Shown here: positions 1 to 11,982 of the stretch, one piece after another
How the letters are laid out: each line of letters begins with the position of its first letter
Position numbering within the stretch: position 1 is the first letter of the stretch
Source of the DNA: Lepidodermella squamata
Taxonomy: Eukaryota; Animalia; Gastrotricha
NCBI GenBank assembly: GCA_047495785.1
Contig: JBLDXI010000009.1
Location: forward strand, 3,472,001 to 3,536,000
Length of the DNA stretch: 64,000 bases
Direction of reading: 5' to 3'
The notes under the pieces: model-generated
Told to the model about the DNA's origin: nothing
Seen by the model: the letters and a program-made list of their open reading frames with translations, nothing else
The model's database searches: none
Made by a program: the position numbers and the translations under genes

Positions 1-779
1 ATCTATCTTTTTCAAACTCGTACACGCGTGTTTACAGGTGAAATTAAGAGGCGGCGAAGACTCAGCAGCAGCGTCAGGCGAATCATCAGCAGGCGCCACA
101 GCCACAAACTCAGCCAGAGGCGTTGCAAAAGGCACTTCGGCCGAAAAAGACCTGGAGGCCCTAGCCCCTGGCCAAAGGTCGATAAAATAAAGCTGAAAGA
201 CGTGCTACGATAATAAGGATACAAGTTATGCATGCTTAAATTGCTATTCAGTCATTTGTTTGCAGATTTCATGCTATACAAAATTCAAACTACAAAATGG
301 CTTCGAAATTCTGAGAGAAAAATGATGTACTTCCTCAAGTAATACCGCTCGAAGTACAGCGGGTAGTTGCAAATGCAATTTGTTCCAACCAACCCTGCAT
401 TTGTAGTTCATAATTTTTTAGGAAAGGCCTTCCCTTCGCGCTCAAACATATCTGATGTGGACCAGCATGATTTGTCAGCATATGCATAAAAGTTTATGCT
501 ACTATCTCTCGCAATACAATAAAAGGCAACACCTGCGCATTCCTGTCGTATACATACAACCGGATCTTCGCGGCCTTGGAGATGTGTATATCGGTGATAG
601 AAATAAGCCATTTGCGAACAAAGCGCACTTTATCTGAAGATTTTCCCCAAATCTCAGCCCCGGAAATAGTCTAAATAGGCTTCAAATTTATCCGTAACTA
701 CCCCGTCAGCTCCACATTTCTAGTCATTATATCATTTCGGTGTAAATAACTTCGTCGCTTTGATGTTAACTTTGTAAAC

Positions 780-3050
780 CTGTAAATTCGGCAAATGCGA
801 TTTTGGTCGGGCTTTCGACGTAATTCGAGTAAAAAGTGAAGTCGCGTTCACAAGCTGCACGAGGGTTCAAGTGGCATCCTATCCCCATGCAATCTCGGTC
901 GAGTTCCGGAAGTCGCATCGAATAAGCTTGCTTCTACCGATCTCGCCGAGAACTGGAAATCAGCTATTGCTAATCCGATGCTAGCTGCCTGTTCCGAGAT
1001 TTTAGATTGTCCTTATTCTTAAGGGAGAGACCATAAGAGCAGTACAAACCAGCAAACCTGTGCCACAGATAGCAGGAGAGAAAAGTCCAGCTCCATCTTG
1101 GCCAAGTAGTTCAAATTGCTCTTTAAGCGTATGATCGATTGCGAATTGAGGAGCAAAGGGAAATGAAGAGCAATAACGATTTTTCTCAAAAATTGCTCTA
1201 TGAAGGCTCATTCGTTTCTCCCTCGTGAGCTAGAAGCAATTTCATCAGCCACGAATCCGTTGAAATTGCTGTCGCCGAGCAAGAAACTACCACCACATAT
1301 AACCGTGCCTGATGCCTACTCGTTCCTAATTTTATGCTAGAATTTTTGACTCGCCTCTGGCGCTTATTTACTCTTTAAATTCATAATAAATGACTGGTAA
1401 ATACTCAAAGAAATACTGCTAGAAAAAGCTGGAAATAGCTAGCTGGAATTACCCCAGGCACATTTTACTGGACAGAGCTGGAAAACACGTGAACTGGAAA
1501 GAGGTGGCACATTTTGCCGATAACGCCTCACGGGTCCACCTGTGATCAACCTGGTATCGGCTGATTTCCAAGATTGAATCGGCGATATCTATAGGAAAAG
1601 CTGCCGAGATTGTTGTGATATTTTAAACCGCCTCACTTGCCGGACAGTTGGCCTAGCGCCGACGAATTTCTAACTGCGCACAGGATTCTATTTTAGCTTT
1701 TCTGAATGAAATCACCGTTTGCTCGATGGAAGTTGGAATCGAAATTCACGCTTTAATAACCGACTCGCTGAACATCCCAGTCCAACGTTGTGTGATAAAC
1801 GCGATAGGAAATATTCCCTCCCACTACAACAAGCTACTAAGTAGCCTACAGGTTGAGATATTCTGCGATTTCATTGCAAACTAAAGCACCAATATTTGAC
1901 CGTTTATCGCAAATCTGCAGTTGAAATTCGTCTCCAATTGTCGTTTTTATAATAGGGTTTCAAATCACAGCGGTCTTCGAAACTGGCAGGAAACTGGCGA
2001 GAAGAAGAACCGGCTGTCAAAAAGCCTAAAGCTAAGAAGCGTAAGACCGAAAAATCCAACTCATCCGGCTCTGAATTGTCTGAATCGTCCGACTCAGTTC
2101 CGAGTTCCGACTCAGACTGAACTTCCGCTTCCTGAAACTGAAACTTGGTTTGAAGCTCGCTCCGTTTGTCCTATTGAATTTCTTCAGACTCACTCCGCTC
2201 GCTTCTGATTAGCATTTTCAAAATTTCAGGTGTTAGCAAGCCAAAGCGAGCACTGTTAACCTATGATTGGTATCTGACTAGATTGGGCAACCGACCTGAT
2301 GATGACACAGAATTTATCCGTCAAAATCGTCCGCCGAGTTCTATTAAAGCTGGAGACAAGGTTTGGTCCTACAACCAAAACATAGGTGCCGATAAAGTTG
2401 CGAAAGAGAGATTTTTCTGAAAGGAAGGCTCGAAAAGTACCCCACGATTCAGCAGGCTTACCACAGCTCTGCATAGACGGAATCGTCGAGATCCGACTTA
2501 GACTGAACTCCCGCTTCCTGAAACTGAACGACCGCGCCCCTTGATCAAAACATGACAATGTGCCTCATGCCTATAACTGTGCCTGGTGCCTATTCGTTCC
2601 CAATATTATACTAGAATATTTGAATCGCCTCTTGCGCTTATTTATTCTCTGAATCCCGCATAAATGACTGCTCATTTTTTTCTTTTTGATTAATTAAAAG
2701 CTAGGGAAAACACGGACGGGGTATCGGAATCACCTGGAGTAACGTGGATAAATGCTGCTGGAAATGGCTGGAATTTCCTGGGAAAATTTGCCACTAATCA
2801 ATGCAACAATGAGACGATGGCGACATCACGCCACACCACAACCGCCTGCTCAGTCTGTTAGCGGAGGGCTTCTCGAATGTGCTGGTGAAATACAAGGTAA
2901 AAACGGAAAATCCAGTCGGGCGCATAAGTACAATCGAAAAGAAAGTCGGCGAATTCTCAGGCGGGAACTCTAGGAGCAACTTCTGCGAAATAAAGCGCCA
3001 ATATTTTACCGTTTATCGCAAATTCGAAAGTTGAAATTCGCCTCCATGTG
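780..3050. mobile_element. Cluster of degenerate DNA-transposon (pogo-like) fragments
   Basis: Segments recur within the window: 795-830 ~ 6695-6730 ~ 8555-8590; 926-1010 ~ 9369-9470; 1303-1396 ~ 2577-2670; 1890-1937 ~ 3000-3046. The shared segments match the TIR element at 8488-9790. No intact ORF; boundaries approximate. Confidence 0.55.
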
Positions 3051-3232
3051 CTGGATGGGCAAATGTCATCCAAAAGCCGGCATCCTCGCGCTGTCCGTGA
3101 AGGATATGCAGACAATGTTTGAAGAAGAAAAAATTGGCAATGTAGCAATTGGTAAAGCGAAGCACAAGGTATACGACCCAGTCACTTGTTTTAATTTCTG
3201 TTATTTTAATTAACCTAAACCTTTTAACTTTA

Positions 3233-3277
3233 TATCCCTGAAGATGATTTCTGTTAGAAATCGAAACGTCGGAAATA
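3233..3277 (+). ncRNA. Minimal type I hammerhead ribozyme-like motif (Penelope pLTR type)
   Basis: tatcc-CTGAAGA-t-GATTTCT-gtt-AGAAATC-GAAA-CGTC-ggaaata: CUGANGA and GAAA core boxes, 7-bp stem II, palindromic ACGT in place of helix III, GUC cleavage triplet and a short stem I. Confidence 0.6.
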
Positions 3278-3757
3278 CACTGTTAGCGCTAAATTTCATC
3301 AATCGTTTATTTTTATTAGGCGACTAATTATACGCTTCGTTGATACTCTTCGATGTTTCTTGTGACTTATTTCTCATGGACGTAGGAGCCGCTGAATCTA
3401 TTTTCATACGAGGTAAACAACCAGCGATAAACAGACAATTAAAACAGAAGGAGAAACAAGAAGATGAGAAGAGGAGATGGAGAGCAAGCCGAAAAAAATC
3501 AAAATTCCATCTTAAAATTAATAACTCAGTTACATTTTTGTAGAAAATTATTTAAGCTACACACTGAAATGATTGGTTCGCTTATTCACCGAATAAGGTT
3601 GGGATTAAAAAAGCGAAACCTCGGCCAATAATATAGTTAACCGAGTGTGGGCCGCGGTAGTCCGAAAAGGTCTTAAAATAAAAAGTATACAATAAATCGA
3701 GTTTCAATGCAATCCTCATTCAGGATTCAGAATTTTCCTCTCTAATCACTACGTTTT

Positions 3758-6700
3758 CTATGGCTCCAAGTTTACCACTGAGTGCATATTTTAATCAAGT
3801 ATGCCATAAACAAATTGAGAAAAAACATACCTTCACAGAAAGGGACATCACAAGGCTGGAATTGAACTTCACCCTGTTCATCGACGCTAGTCGCGCAAAT
3901 CGGTGGGCCGTAAATTGATGTATGCGACGGGTTGCGGCAGTAATTGTCGTTCTCCTCAGGACTGAAAGAATACACCAACGAAGATCCTTCCTTCAACCAC
4001 TCGGACTTGAAACTCTCAACTTTAGATTTAACAGCATCATTCTCCCACGATAAGCAGGTTCGTTTCGCGCAAAAGCTTTGCCGTTGCGACCCGGTATACG
4101 ACCAACCCTCACTGCCAATCGATCGAGGTCGGCATTCACCCGAATTTTCGGTCAAATGCTGATAAGCCGATGGTACAACGTCTAGCTTAACGCCAGTTGA
4201 GAAGTATTTTTCGGCAGAATCGAAAATGTCGAGGTGGAAACCAAGCTCATATTGACCGGCTAATAATTTCTGCCTTTGATCTACATCGAAAGCATCGATA
4301 GGGTCGTAAGTGAAAGACATTCTCAAAACGAGTCGGGTATCATTAGGAGACGTATGTTCAGGGAACAACAGCGACCTTTCATTTTCAAAATCGATTCGAG
4401 TCATCTTTGCATCTGGTTCTTTCCAACTAGCGCGGTAAATTTCACGGCCATCTTTACGAATAACCAAATTAACAGGGTAGCAATACTCGTTTCGAGATTG
4501 AAAGCAGAAAATGCCGCGTTTTTCAACATTTTGATACCGAGTCTCACACGTGAAGTAAACATCAACAGCAGTTGGCAATCGCATGGCTAATCGAACGTAT
4601 TTATCCGCCTTGGCTTGAATGCTCTTAACCCAGACTGAACAAGCCATGCCCAGATCGGCGATTGAGTCCTTTGAAGGAGCGATCGGCAAAGACGGTAGTT
4701 GTTTATGCATCTCGGCTTTGAATGAAAAACTATCATTCGCCTTCCTCATCAAATCAGCGTGAGATTTTCCAAGTTGAGGCGGGTAGATCAATACCGAATA
4801 TGACTTGACTGCGGCATGAGACGGCTTCACGCCATGAAACGCCTTGTACCAAATCGATAGATGAAACTTGTTCGGGCCATGTTCGATGTAATTCATCTCG
4901 AATTTCTCATGCATTCCGCCATCATCGGCTAGATTATCGCCGACTTGAAGCCCATCTTCGTAGAACAAAACAATAGGAATGCAAAGCTGGTCGGTGTTCA
5001 AACAGCGCCCTAAAGGCCATGAAGTTGTACACTCGAAGTCCCATTGAAACGGCGAATATTTTCCCAGGTCACTGCGAGCCACGGCCAGATTCATGCCATT
5101 GCCCGTGAAAGGGAAATTCGGGCTCGCAACTTGGTTAAAATAGAGCGTGCAAGTCGGCGGGGTGTAAACTCGCAGCAAATGATACTCGTATCGCGTATCA
5201 ACCGAGCAGCGGTACAAACGCTCGTGGAAAGTTTTCACGTCAACTTTGCCGGGAATTTCGAGGTAAAATCGATTTGTCTTATCATTTTTCACCCATTTCG
5301 TCTCGCCGCCATTCGCCGCAGCTTCGAATTTATTAGTAGCTGGTACGAAGTACTCCCAAGCCATGTTCGATGACATGTCGCTTTCTCGCCAAATGAGCTT
5401 GCATCGAATTTGAACATTTTCATTTGTTGACTCAAGACTGTGAACTTCGAAAACGGTGTGATTCGAGCCACCAAGATAGGGCGATTGCGTGTTTTTCGCG
5501 TCAAGTCTGCGGTAGTAGCTTTTAGCTTCGCGAACTTGGCAAGTCAGTGAACTGGAATCGCATTCGCAAGTTTTCAGCGTGCACTTCTTATTGTCATCAT
5601 CGATCACGAATCCGAGACAATCGTCCGCAGCCTAAGAGGAAAATACATTATAACCGTGAGAGACGCAATTTTTTAAATTAAGGGCTTTTTCTATAATTTT
5701 CTTTGGTGTTTAAAAATAAAAAAATTCCATTTATTAGTATACGTACAGTCGACGAAGAGCCTGACGCTTTGAAGTTGTCGATAATTACCACAACAACGGC
5801 TGACATGTTTTCTTATGTTTTTGTTCGAAACTATTATCAGTCTCATTATCCGCCCTCTCGTGGGCCTTTCCCAATTTGCGATGAAGTGTTCAAAATTTTC
5901 GAAATTTCAACAACTGCAGTATTTGCAGCTTAAGGATTTCCTAAACAACGGGAAATCGTAATTACACGCAAAATACTCGGATTTCTAGTCAATTTGGTTT
6001 TTGATTTTAGGAGAAGAAACAGGTTATTCCTTGGGTGTCCTATCAGACAACGCCATGACGATGCTCATACATGGTATCACTTCAAATGTATCGGATTGGG
6101 TAGTCGGGGTTACTCTGAGGATGAGCAGTTTATCTGCAACGGATGTACCATACGTAATTTACCGACGAATGATAATGATTCAACCTTGGAGGATGAAAAC
6201 TCAATCGAACAAGATCTTGTTTGTCATGTTGCAATGCGGAACCCGGAAATTTCGGAGATGTCGACAGCCGATCAACCGATGGAAGAGGTGATCGAGAAAC
6301 AAGATGATCCAATGGACGTTTCCTTGCCCAGCAAATCTTAGGCTATTGTTTAGCGGCTTCATTTGAAACGCCACGCCTCCTCGGACATCCTGCCTTTGGC
6401 GACTCGGCGGATGCAGAAAACGACTGTTTCAGCGCGAGCTGGGACGGGGCAAAATACCAACGGAATTTACTACACAAACAATCGCTTGATATTGATAGTA
6501 TCGAAACGTCGTTCATTTCTCAATAAACATGTTGTTTTACTGCGGTGATCTCAAAATCTCTTTAACGACCAATTCAAAATGAACATGAACCCGCAGTCAA
6601 AATGTCACTCTCTCTGCAGCTTAATTTCTATACATACCGTAATCTGGTACAATTTTGAAACCTACGTCTACGCAAACTTATTTATGCAGCGTAAATTCGG

Positions 6701-9700
6701 CTTTGGTCGGGTTTTCGACGTAATGTGAGTAATATCGCTTACTGAGCTTATAAGTTGGAATGGTGTAAGTTTTAAGTTGGATCAATCCGGACCTTCAGTT
6801 CCTGGCGAACATCAATAATCCGGCTGGGCGCCGGGTCGATGTCGCACAGTTGCCAGCGCCAGGCGCACCTAAAAAGCTCGCCGATCTCGCATTGACTGCT
6901 GAAAACTTCAGGGAAATGACGAACTATGTGTCAGAACGAAACGCAGCGATTCACCCGATTCACCAGGCTCTTCCTGGCGGCAATTCTTCGGCGCGGAAAT
7001 ATTTGATATTGATGCGTGGAAATATTGATGAGTTTTCGTCTTATTGTCGTTGTATCTAGTTCTAGTTGACATTTTTTGATGTAGTTGAACTTGAGGCCGG
7101 ATTATTATAGAAGGGCTCTATGCAGTTTCGAAATTTAATTTCTCTACACTTATAAAATGATTCCCCAAATTTTTCTAACCGCTCTTTGTTCGAACCAATT
7201 TTTCCATTTAGTCTTTTAGTCCAATCTAAAACGGTACTTCCGATTGTTTCATCAATCGCTTCAATTTGCTTTTCATAGATTGCCGTAAACCTAAAATTAT
7301 CACAAGCTTGTTCGTGGACGCAAGGTTGGCGAATAACGTTGAAAAACCACGCTCAGCTTCTCTCACTCAGCATTTCTTGCATGCCGCCGATCATGGCGCC
7401 GATTCTACTGCTATCACCACCGAACATGGAGTCTTATTCGGTCGGCCTAAAATTACCTCTCCGCAAACTACTGTTTCAATGCGGGCTCACTCAAGTTCAG
7501 GAAAATTACCGTCGCGAATTAATAACAAAAGATTTATTCTAAAATTGGGCGAAGCAAGTCGAACGTTTTATCGAGTTGAATGTTGTTGAATTGACTGGGT
7601 TTTTAAGTTATCTCAAGCTACTCTGAAATTCCAGCTCAAGCTCAGAAAAGTATCCCTGAAAACTACGATCTCTCATTCTCGCGGGCAATTTCCGATGAGT
7701 CTACAGCCGCTGACCGTCAGCAGCCAGCAATCGGTCCTACACTCATGTCAGATCCGCACATTTTTCACTTATCGGGAGCGTTAATGACATTCAAATATAC
7801 GCGGTTGCGTAAATAAAATTAAATTGGGGCAAAAAAGTTTGAAAAATGAACCCTTGTGCGGAATCGAACCACTAATTCCAATTAATTTGAACATCTCAGA
7901 AAACTCGGGTAACCCATCAACGCAGTTTAAATTAAATAATTAAGAACAGGAAAAATACGAATAGCATACAATTTGATTGAATCACAAAGAAGCAGTTTTC
8001 AGAATAAAAAATAAAAGGAACTAACCTGACAAGCATCGCGGCAAATTAGGACGTCATTCGAATCCGGACCATCTCGAGATCCGCTGCAGCCGCAATCAAT
8101 GCCAAGTCTTTCATAGCCAGGTGGTGACTCCAAACCTGAGAAAACAATTGCGAGATGAAATATTGGTTATAGTATTTAACCGTCATTGAAAATGAGTAAT
8201 TAACGAAAATATCCGAAAAAAAAGAAATAGGGGTACCTTTGTCGCAATACGGGATGTCACAGTAGTCCCAAGATTGTGAAGCTGGGGATGGGCTTGGAAT
8301 GACGAAGCACCACGGGCGATTTTGACCCAAAGGGGGATAAGCGTCCGGATTTCGGCAGTAATTTTCTGCAACCGTGTAATTGGCGTGCTCAGGAAACTCC
8401 GAGTAAACTCTAAAATATTTAATTAAAATTAATTAAAATTATTAGCCTTTATTCTTGAAATTGGCTGCATTTTTGAAGCAACAAGTACCGTAATCTGGTT
8501 CAATTTTGAACACCTACGCCCATGCTCATTTATATTTGCTGTGTATATTCAACAGATGCGATTTTGGTCGGGTTTTCGACTTAATTCGACATAGCTACCG
8601 CAGCTCCAAATGATGGATCTATCATGCTTCGGCCCTGCTAAAGCGGTAATGCGGCGCAATAGGTTCAAGGGTTTGACGGATCTGAAAAATTTTCCGGTCT
8701 TCCTGAAACAGCTAATTGAAACTCCTCTTAAAAGTGGTCTCACTCCAGTCTGTGCTAGCAACATCATCGCTGGTTTCCGAGCTGTTGGTATCGAAATAGT
8801 GAATAATTCAGTTTCATTCAAAGTCGAAAATGTTCTCAAGCGCCGTGCTGCCAAAAAGTCACAATCGCCGTTGAGCGGTTCTGCAGTCAAATTTTCCGCT
8901 GAAACTGACCCTTCTGATTTAACGCAGTCGATTTTCGTGCAGCTGCCTGTGTCTGAGGCATCGCAGGAGGCGGGCAGTCTCAATTGCACGTTCACTGATT
9001 CGGCGTTGGAATCTCCGATTTCAATAGATTTTTCTGGTATTTCAAACATCAGCTCATCTCAAACATCTTCTTCCCGCATTGTTGTCCTTTGGCGATTTGA
9101 TCGCTGAAATGACGAGGCGCTACATGGAAGCCGAGACAAAATCGAATTGGTGATTCTTCAATTGTCAACTTCCGCAGAAAAAGGATTGATTGGATCTGAG
9201 ATTCGTTCTGGCTTCAATCAAAGTTCACGTTCCTCAATCGCGTGCTTTTTCCGAAATTCTAACCAATTTTCACCCAATTTTTTTGTGATTTTTAATAAAA
9301 TCGTTTTAAAAGTGTTGCTTAAATCCCTGCGATCTTGGGTGATGCCTTTGTCGAAAGACAAAGTCGTAGCTTGCTTCTACCGATCTCACTGAGGATTGGT
9401 TCATGCTTTTGTTAAGCGAAATCAGCTGTCGTTTCCGATGGTAACTACCTGTTCCGAGCTCTTAGATTTCTGCTTTTCGGCTTTCGGCACTCAAGCTAGT
9501 CCAAATATGGACGGTTGGTAAATGAAGGTCAACCAAATCACTTCAACGAAACCATTTTCAAACTTATTCCCGTTCTAGTCCAATCCAAAACGATACTACC
9601 GATTGTTTTATCAATTGCTTTAATTTGCCTGGCATATCTATGCTATAACCCTTTCCCGGGCGATTTTCTATCGCTGGGACAAAAAAGAAGGAAAAGAGAC

Positions 9701-11196
9701 CGCATGAGGGCTAGGCCGAATTATAGCAATATTAGCAAAATGCTAGAACACATCGATATCTATAATCAGTAAAACTGCACCGGATTACGGTAAAGCCAAA
9801 TTTTTGAAATTTAAAAATGTGTTAAACTTGGAAAACAATAAATTGGACTATTAAAATGGAATTTGACTTACAAAAGATGTGAAGCCGGAATATTGTCCTT
9901 CCAGGGCAGACATGTCCTTTTCTCACACTGAGACTCGGAAACTCGCCCACGGTAGTCATAGCGGCCAGAAATCGACGTCTTGCAGCTATTCGCATTTTTC
10001 GAACTGAAGTGCGCACCCATATCCATGCCGGATAACTGCCGAAGAATTCCAGTTGCGGCCTGAACGTGGATAACAGGAATGCCGTCCATGTGCGGATCGT
10101 AGAGTTGAATCTTCGCGAAATCAAGCTGGATCGAGTATTCGCCCGTCATTTCTTCCGCCTCGCTAATACCACCGTACAAAGTATGAGCCCAGAAAGACAG
10201 CGTGATGTTGATAAACATCCTCGACTCTTCAATCGGGGTGTGAGAAATATCGACCATCGGCATTTTCGCCAGCGAAATAGAATTTTCTAAATCTTCACTG
10301 CTGTTGTGGAAATTCGCGCCATTTTTGCGAATAATTATCGCAGGCTCGCACAGCTTTTGCGAATCCGGGCATCGAAAGAACGAGATCTGGGCAGGAATTT
10401 CGCATGACAGCGTGACGTTGAACGGCGTGAAATCCGCAAATGAAATGTTTAGCGACTTGGGCGAACCGAAAATTCCACCCTCTTCACTCGTGAAAACAAC
10501 GCCAGTCGTATCGGTAAGCAGGCGGCATTTCGGGCGCAATTTATTCGCCGGGCATTTTTGGCCGAATCGGTGCCATTTAGCGTCGACAGGATAGCAGTTG
10601 ACGGTGCATCGGCGGTTCGTTTCGTGGTAGATGAAATACGGCAGACAGCTCGAATCGCCGCATATGTCTTCGCCAATTCGGGCCAGGCTCTTCTTCGTCA
10701 CAATTTCCGCATCGTCCTCCGACATGAAAACAGCAACTTTTGAGTCATCCGCCGCGCTGAATTCGTTCGCTCGAAAAATTGTGACACCCTCGGAAAATAC
10801 GACCGGGTTCTCCTTGTGGTCGATTCCGCACAGCTGGTTGTAAGCCGTTTTGTCGCCGGTGCATTTTTTGACATCCAGCGGGTAAGCTTTCGGGTAGATT
10901 CGCGGCCAGATGAAAATCTCGCCCTGACCGCCGTCCGACCCGATTTCGGTGTAGGCCATGTAGGCCGGGTTGACGTAACGCATCATCGCCATGGACCAGT
11001 TGCCATCCTTTTCGCGCCGGTAAGACGTGATGTACTGCGGCGGGAATTTTCCGTCCTCGGCCAAGCAGTCTGAGCGGCTGATGATCAGCGGATGATTCGG
11101 GTTGAAGTCGACAGACAAATCGAGGAAACCCCAATCGCCAGCGGATGACTTCGACAGCAGCATTGCGAGAGCCAGCAAGCCAGCCCCAGTCGACAT
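3758..11196 (-). CDS. Secreted mosaic protein (~1142 aa): signal peptide, PAN-like, Ig-like repeats and two kringle domains
   Basis: Exons 11196-9872, 8409-8237, 8135-8026, 5631-3831, 3777-3758 join in frame at GT-AG sites. Kringle motifs YRGRVS..RTCLPW..NYCRNPD..PWCF..WDYCDIPYC and YTGSQ..RTCLSW..NYCRNP..PCDVPFC. PAN-like CRDACQAADDCLGFVIDDDNKKCTLK spans a splice junction. Hydrophobic N-terminus. The last small exon is the least certain. Confidence 0.8.
5994..6341 (+). mobile_element. PHD-finger remnant inside an intron, probably transposon-derived
   Basis: GCP...HTWYHFKCIGL...EQFICNGC is the second half of a PHD finger, followed by an acidic tail; antisense within intron 3 of the kringle gene. 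Confidence 0.45.
6637..7600. mobile_element. Degenerate copy of the pogo-like element in intron 3 of the kringle gene
   Basis: Starts TA|ccgtaatctggtacaattttgaa like the 8488 TIR; 7216-7270 matches 9575-9628. Right end not resolved. Confidence 0.55.
8488..9790 (+). mobile_element. Non-autonomous pogo/Tc1-mariner-type DNA transposon in intron 1 of the kringle gene
   Basis: Imperfect TIRs ccgtaatctggttcaatttt ... aaaactgcaccggattacgg, each flanked by TA. Internal remnants: DLSCFGPAK...SNIIAGFRAVGI (DDE_1 C-terminal motif, ORF 8610-9107) and frameshifted ..W.HAFVKRNQLSF.MVTT (CENP-B/Tc5 HTH-like, ~9390-9450). Confidence 0.75.
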
Positions 11197-11982
11197 AATT
11201 CAAACCAAAATAAATTATTTGATGCACAGAGCGCCTAATAGGAATAAGAATTAAAAAAAGGAATTAAAAACAAGAGAGCAGATGAATTCATACACGACAA
11301 AGGGAAACAGCAGCATAGGATAACTGCAAATTGAACGACTTGAGACGCTGACATCAAAGAGCAATGCAGTCGCTAACAGCAGTAAAAAGTGAATTCAATA
11401 GCGAATAATGAGAAAGAAATGAAAGAAAACTTGAATAAGAAAATTTTATTTTTAAGGTGGATTTTTTATTGTGTAAACTTTTGAACGAAGTACGAATAAT
11501 GTAAGGTTATCAACTAAAAACGTTTGAAAACACCATGCTTTGCGAGCTAACGATTTCATGAAATGCGAAAATAAATACGAATGCAAGCGATGTGTGCGTG
11601 GAAATGAGACTCGCAGAGCAATAATTATCGTCGCGAAATGCGCGGACTCAAAACAGCACAGCGTAATAAAAAATTAGGTCAGGCGCGAAACGCGGCCACG
11701 TTTTAGGAACAGTGAAAACGATGGTAATAATAAGCCACTAGCGGCAAATCGACCAGTGCTTTGGGTGCAAACGGCTGTACATGTACAGGCGTGTAACAAT
11801 TGCCTCTGATGAATAACAACAATATATGAAAATTGTACGCTGGTGTATAATACATAAAGCAACAATTTTAAACAAAATGAGCTCGTGAGTATAAGCCATT
11901 TAAACTGCGAAAAATGAGCATTGGCAGGAAAATATTTTTGCGGAAAAACTGGAAATGTTTCTCCAAGTTAGCTTTATTTCTG

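Noticed and set aside
12-640. Short ORFs (Arg-rich 28-213; Cys-containing 408-611) as further kringle-gene exons
   Set aside because: Splice phase does not fit the 3831 donor, a closer 53-nt intron gives a clean stop, and no recognisable domain is present.
7850-7880. tRNA/B-box-like sequences (also ~22015-22030 and ~35710-35725)
   Set aside because: Only a T-loop-like motif; no cloverleaf or A box could be built.
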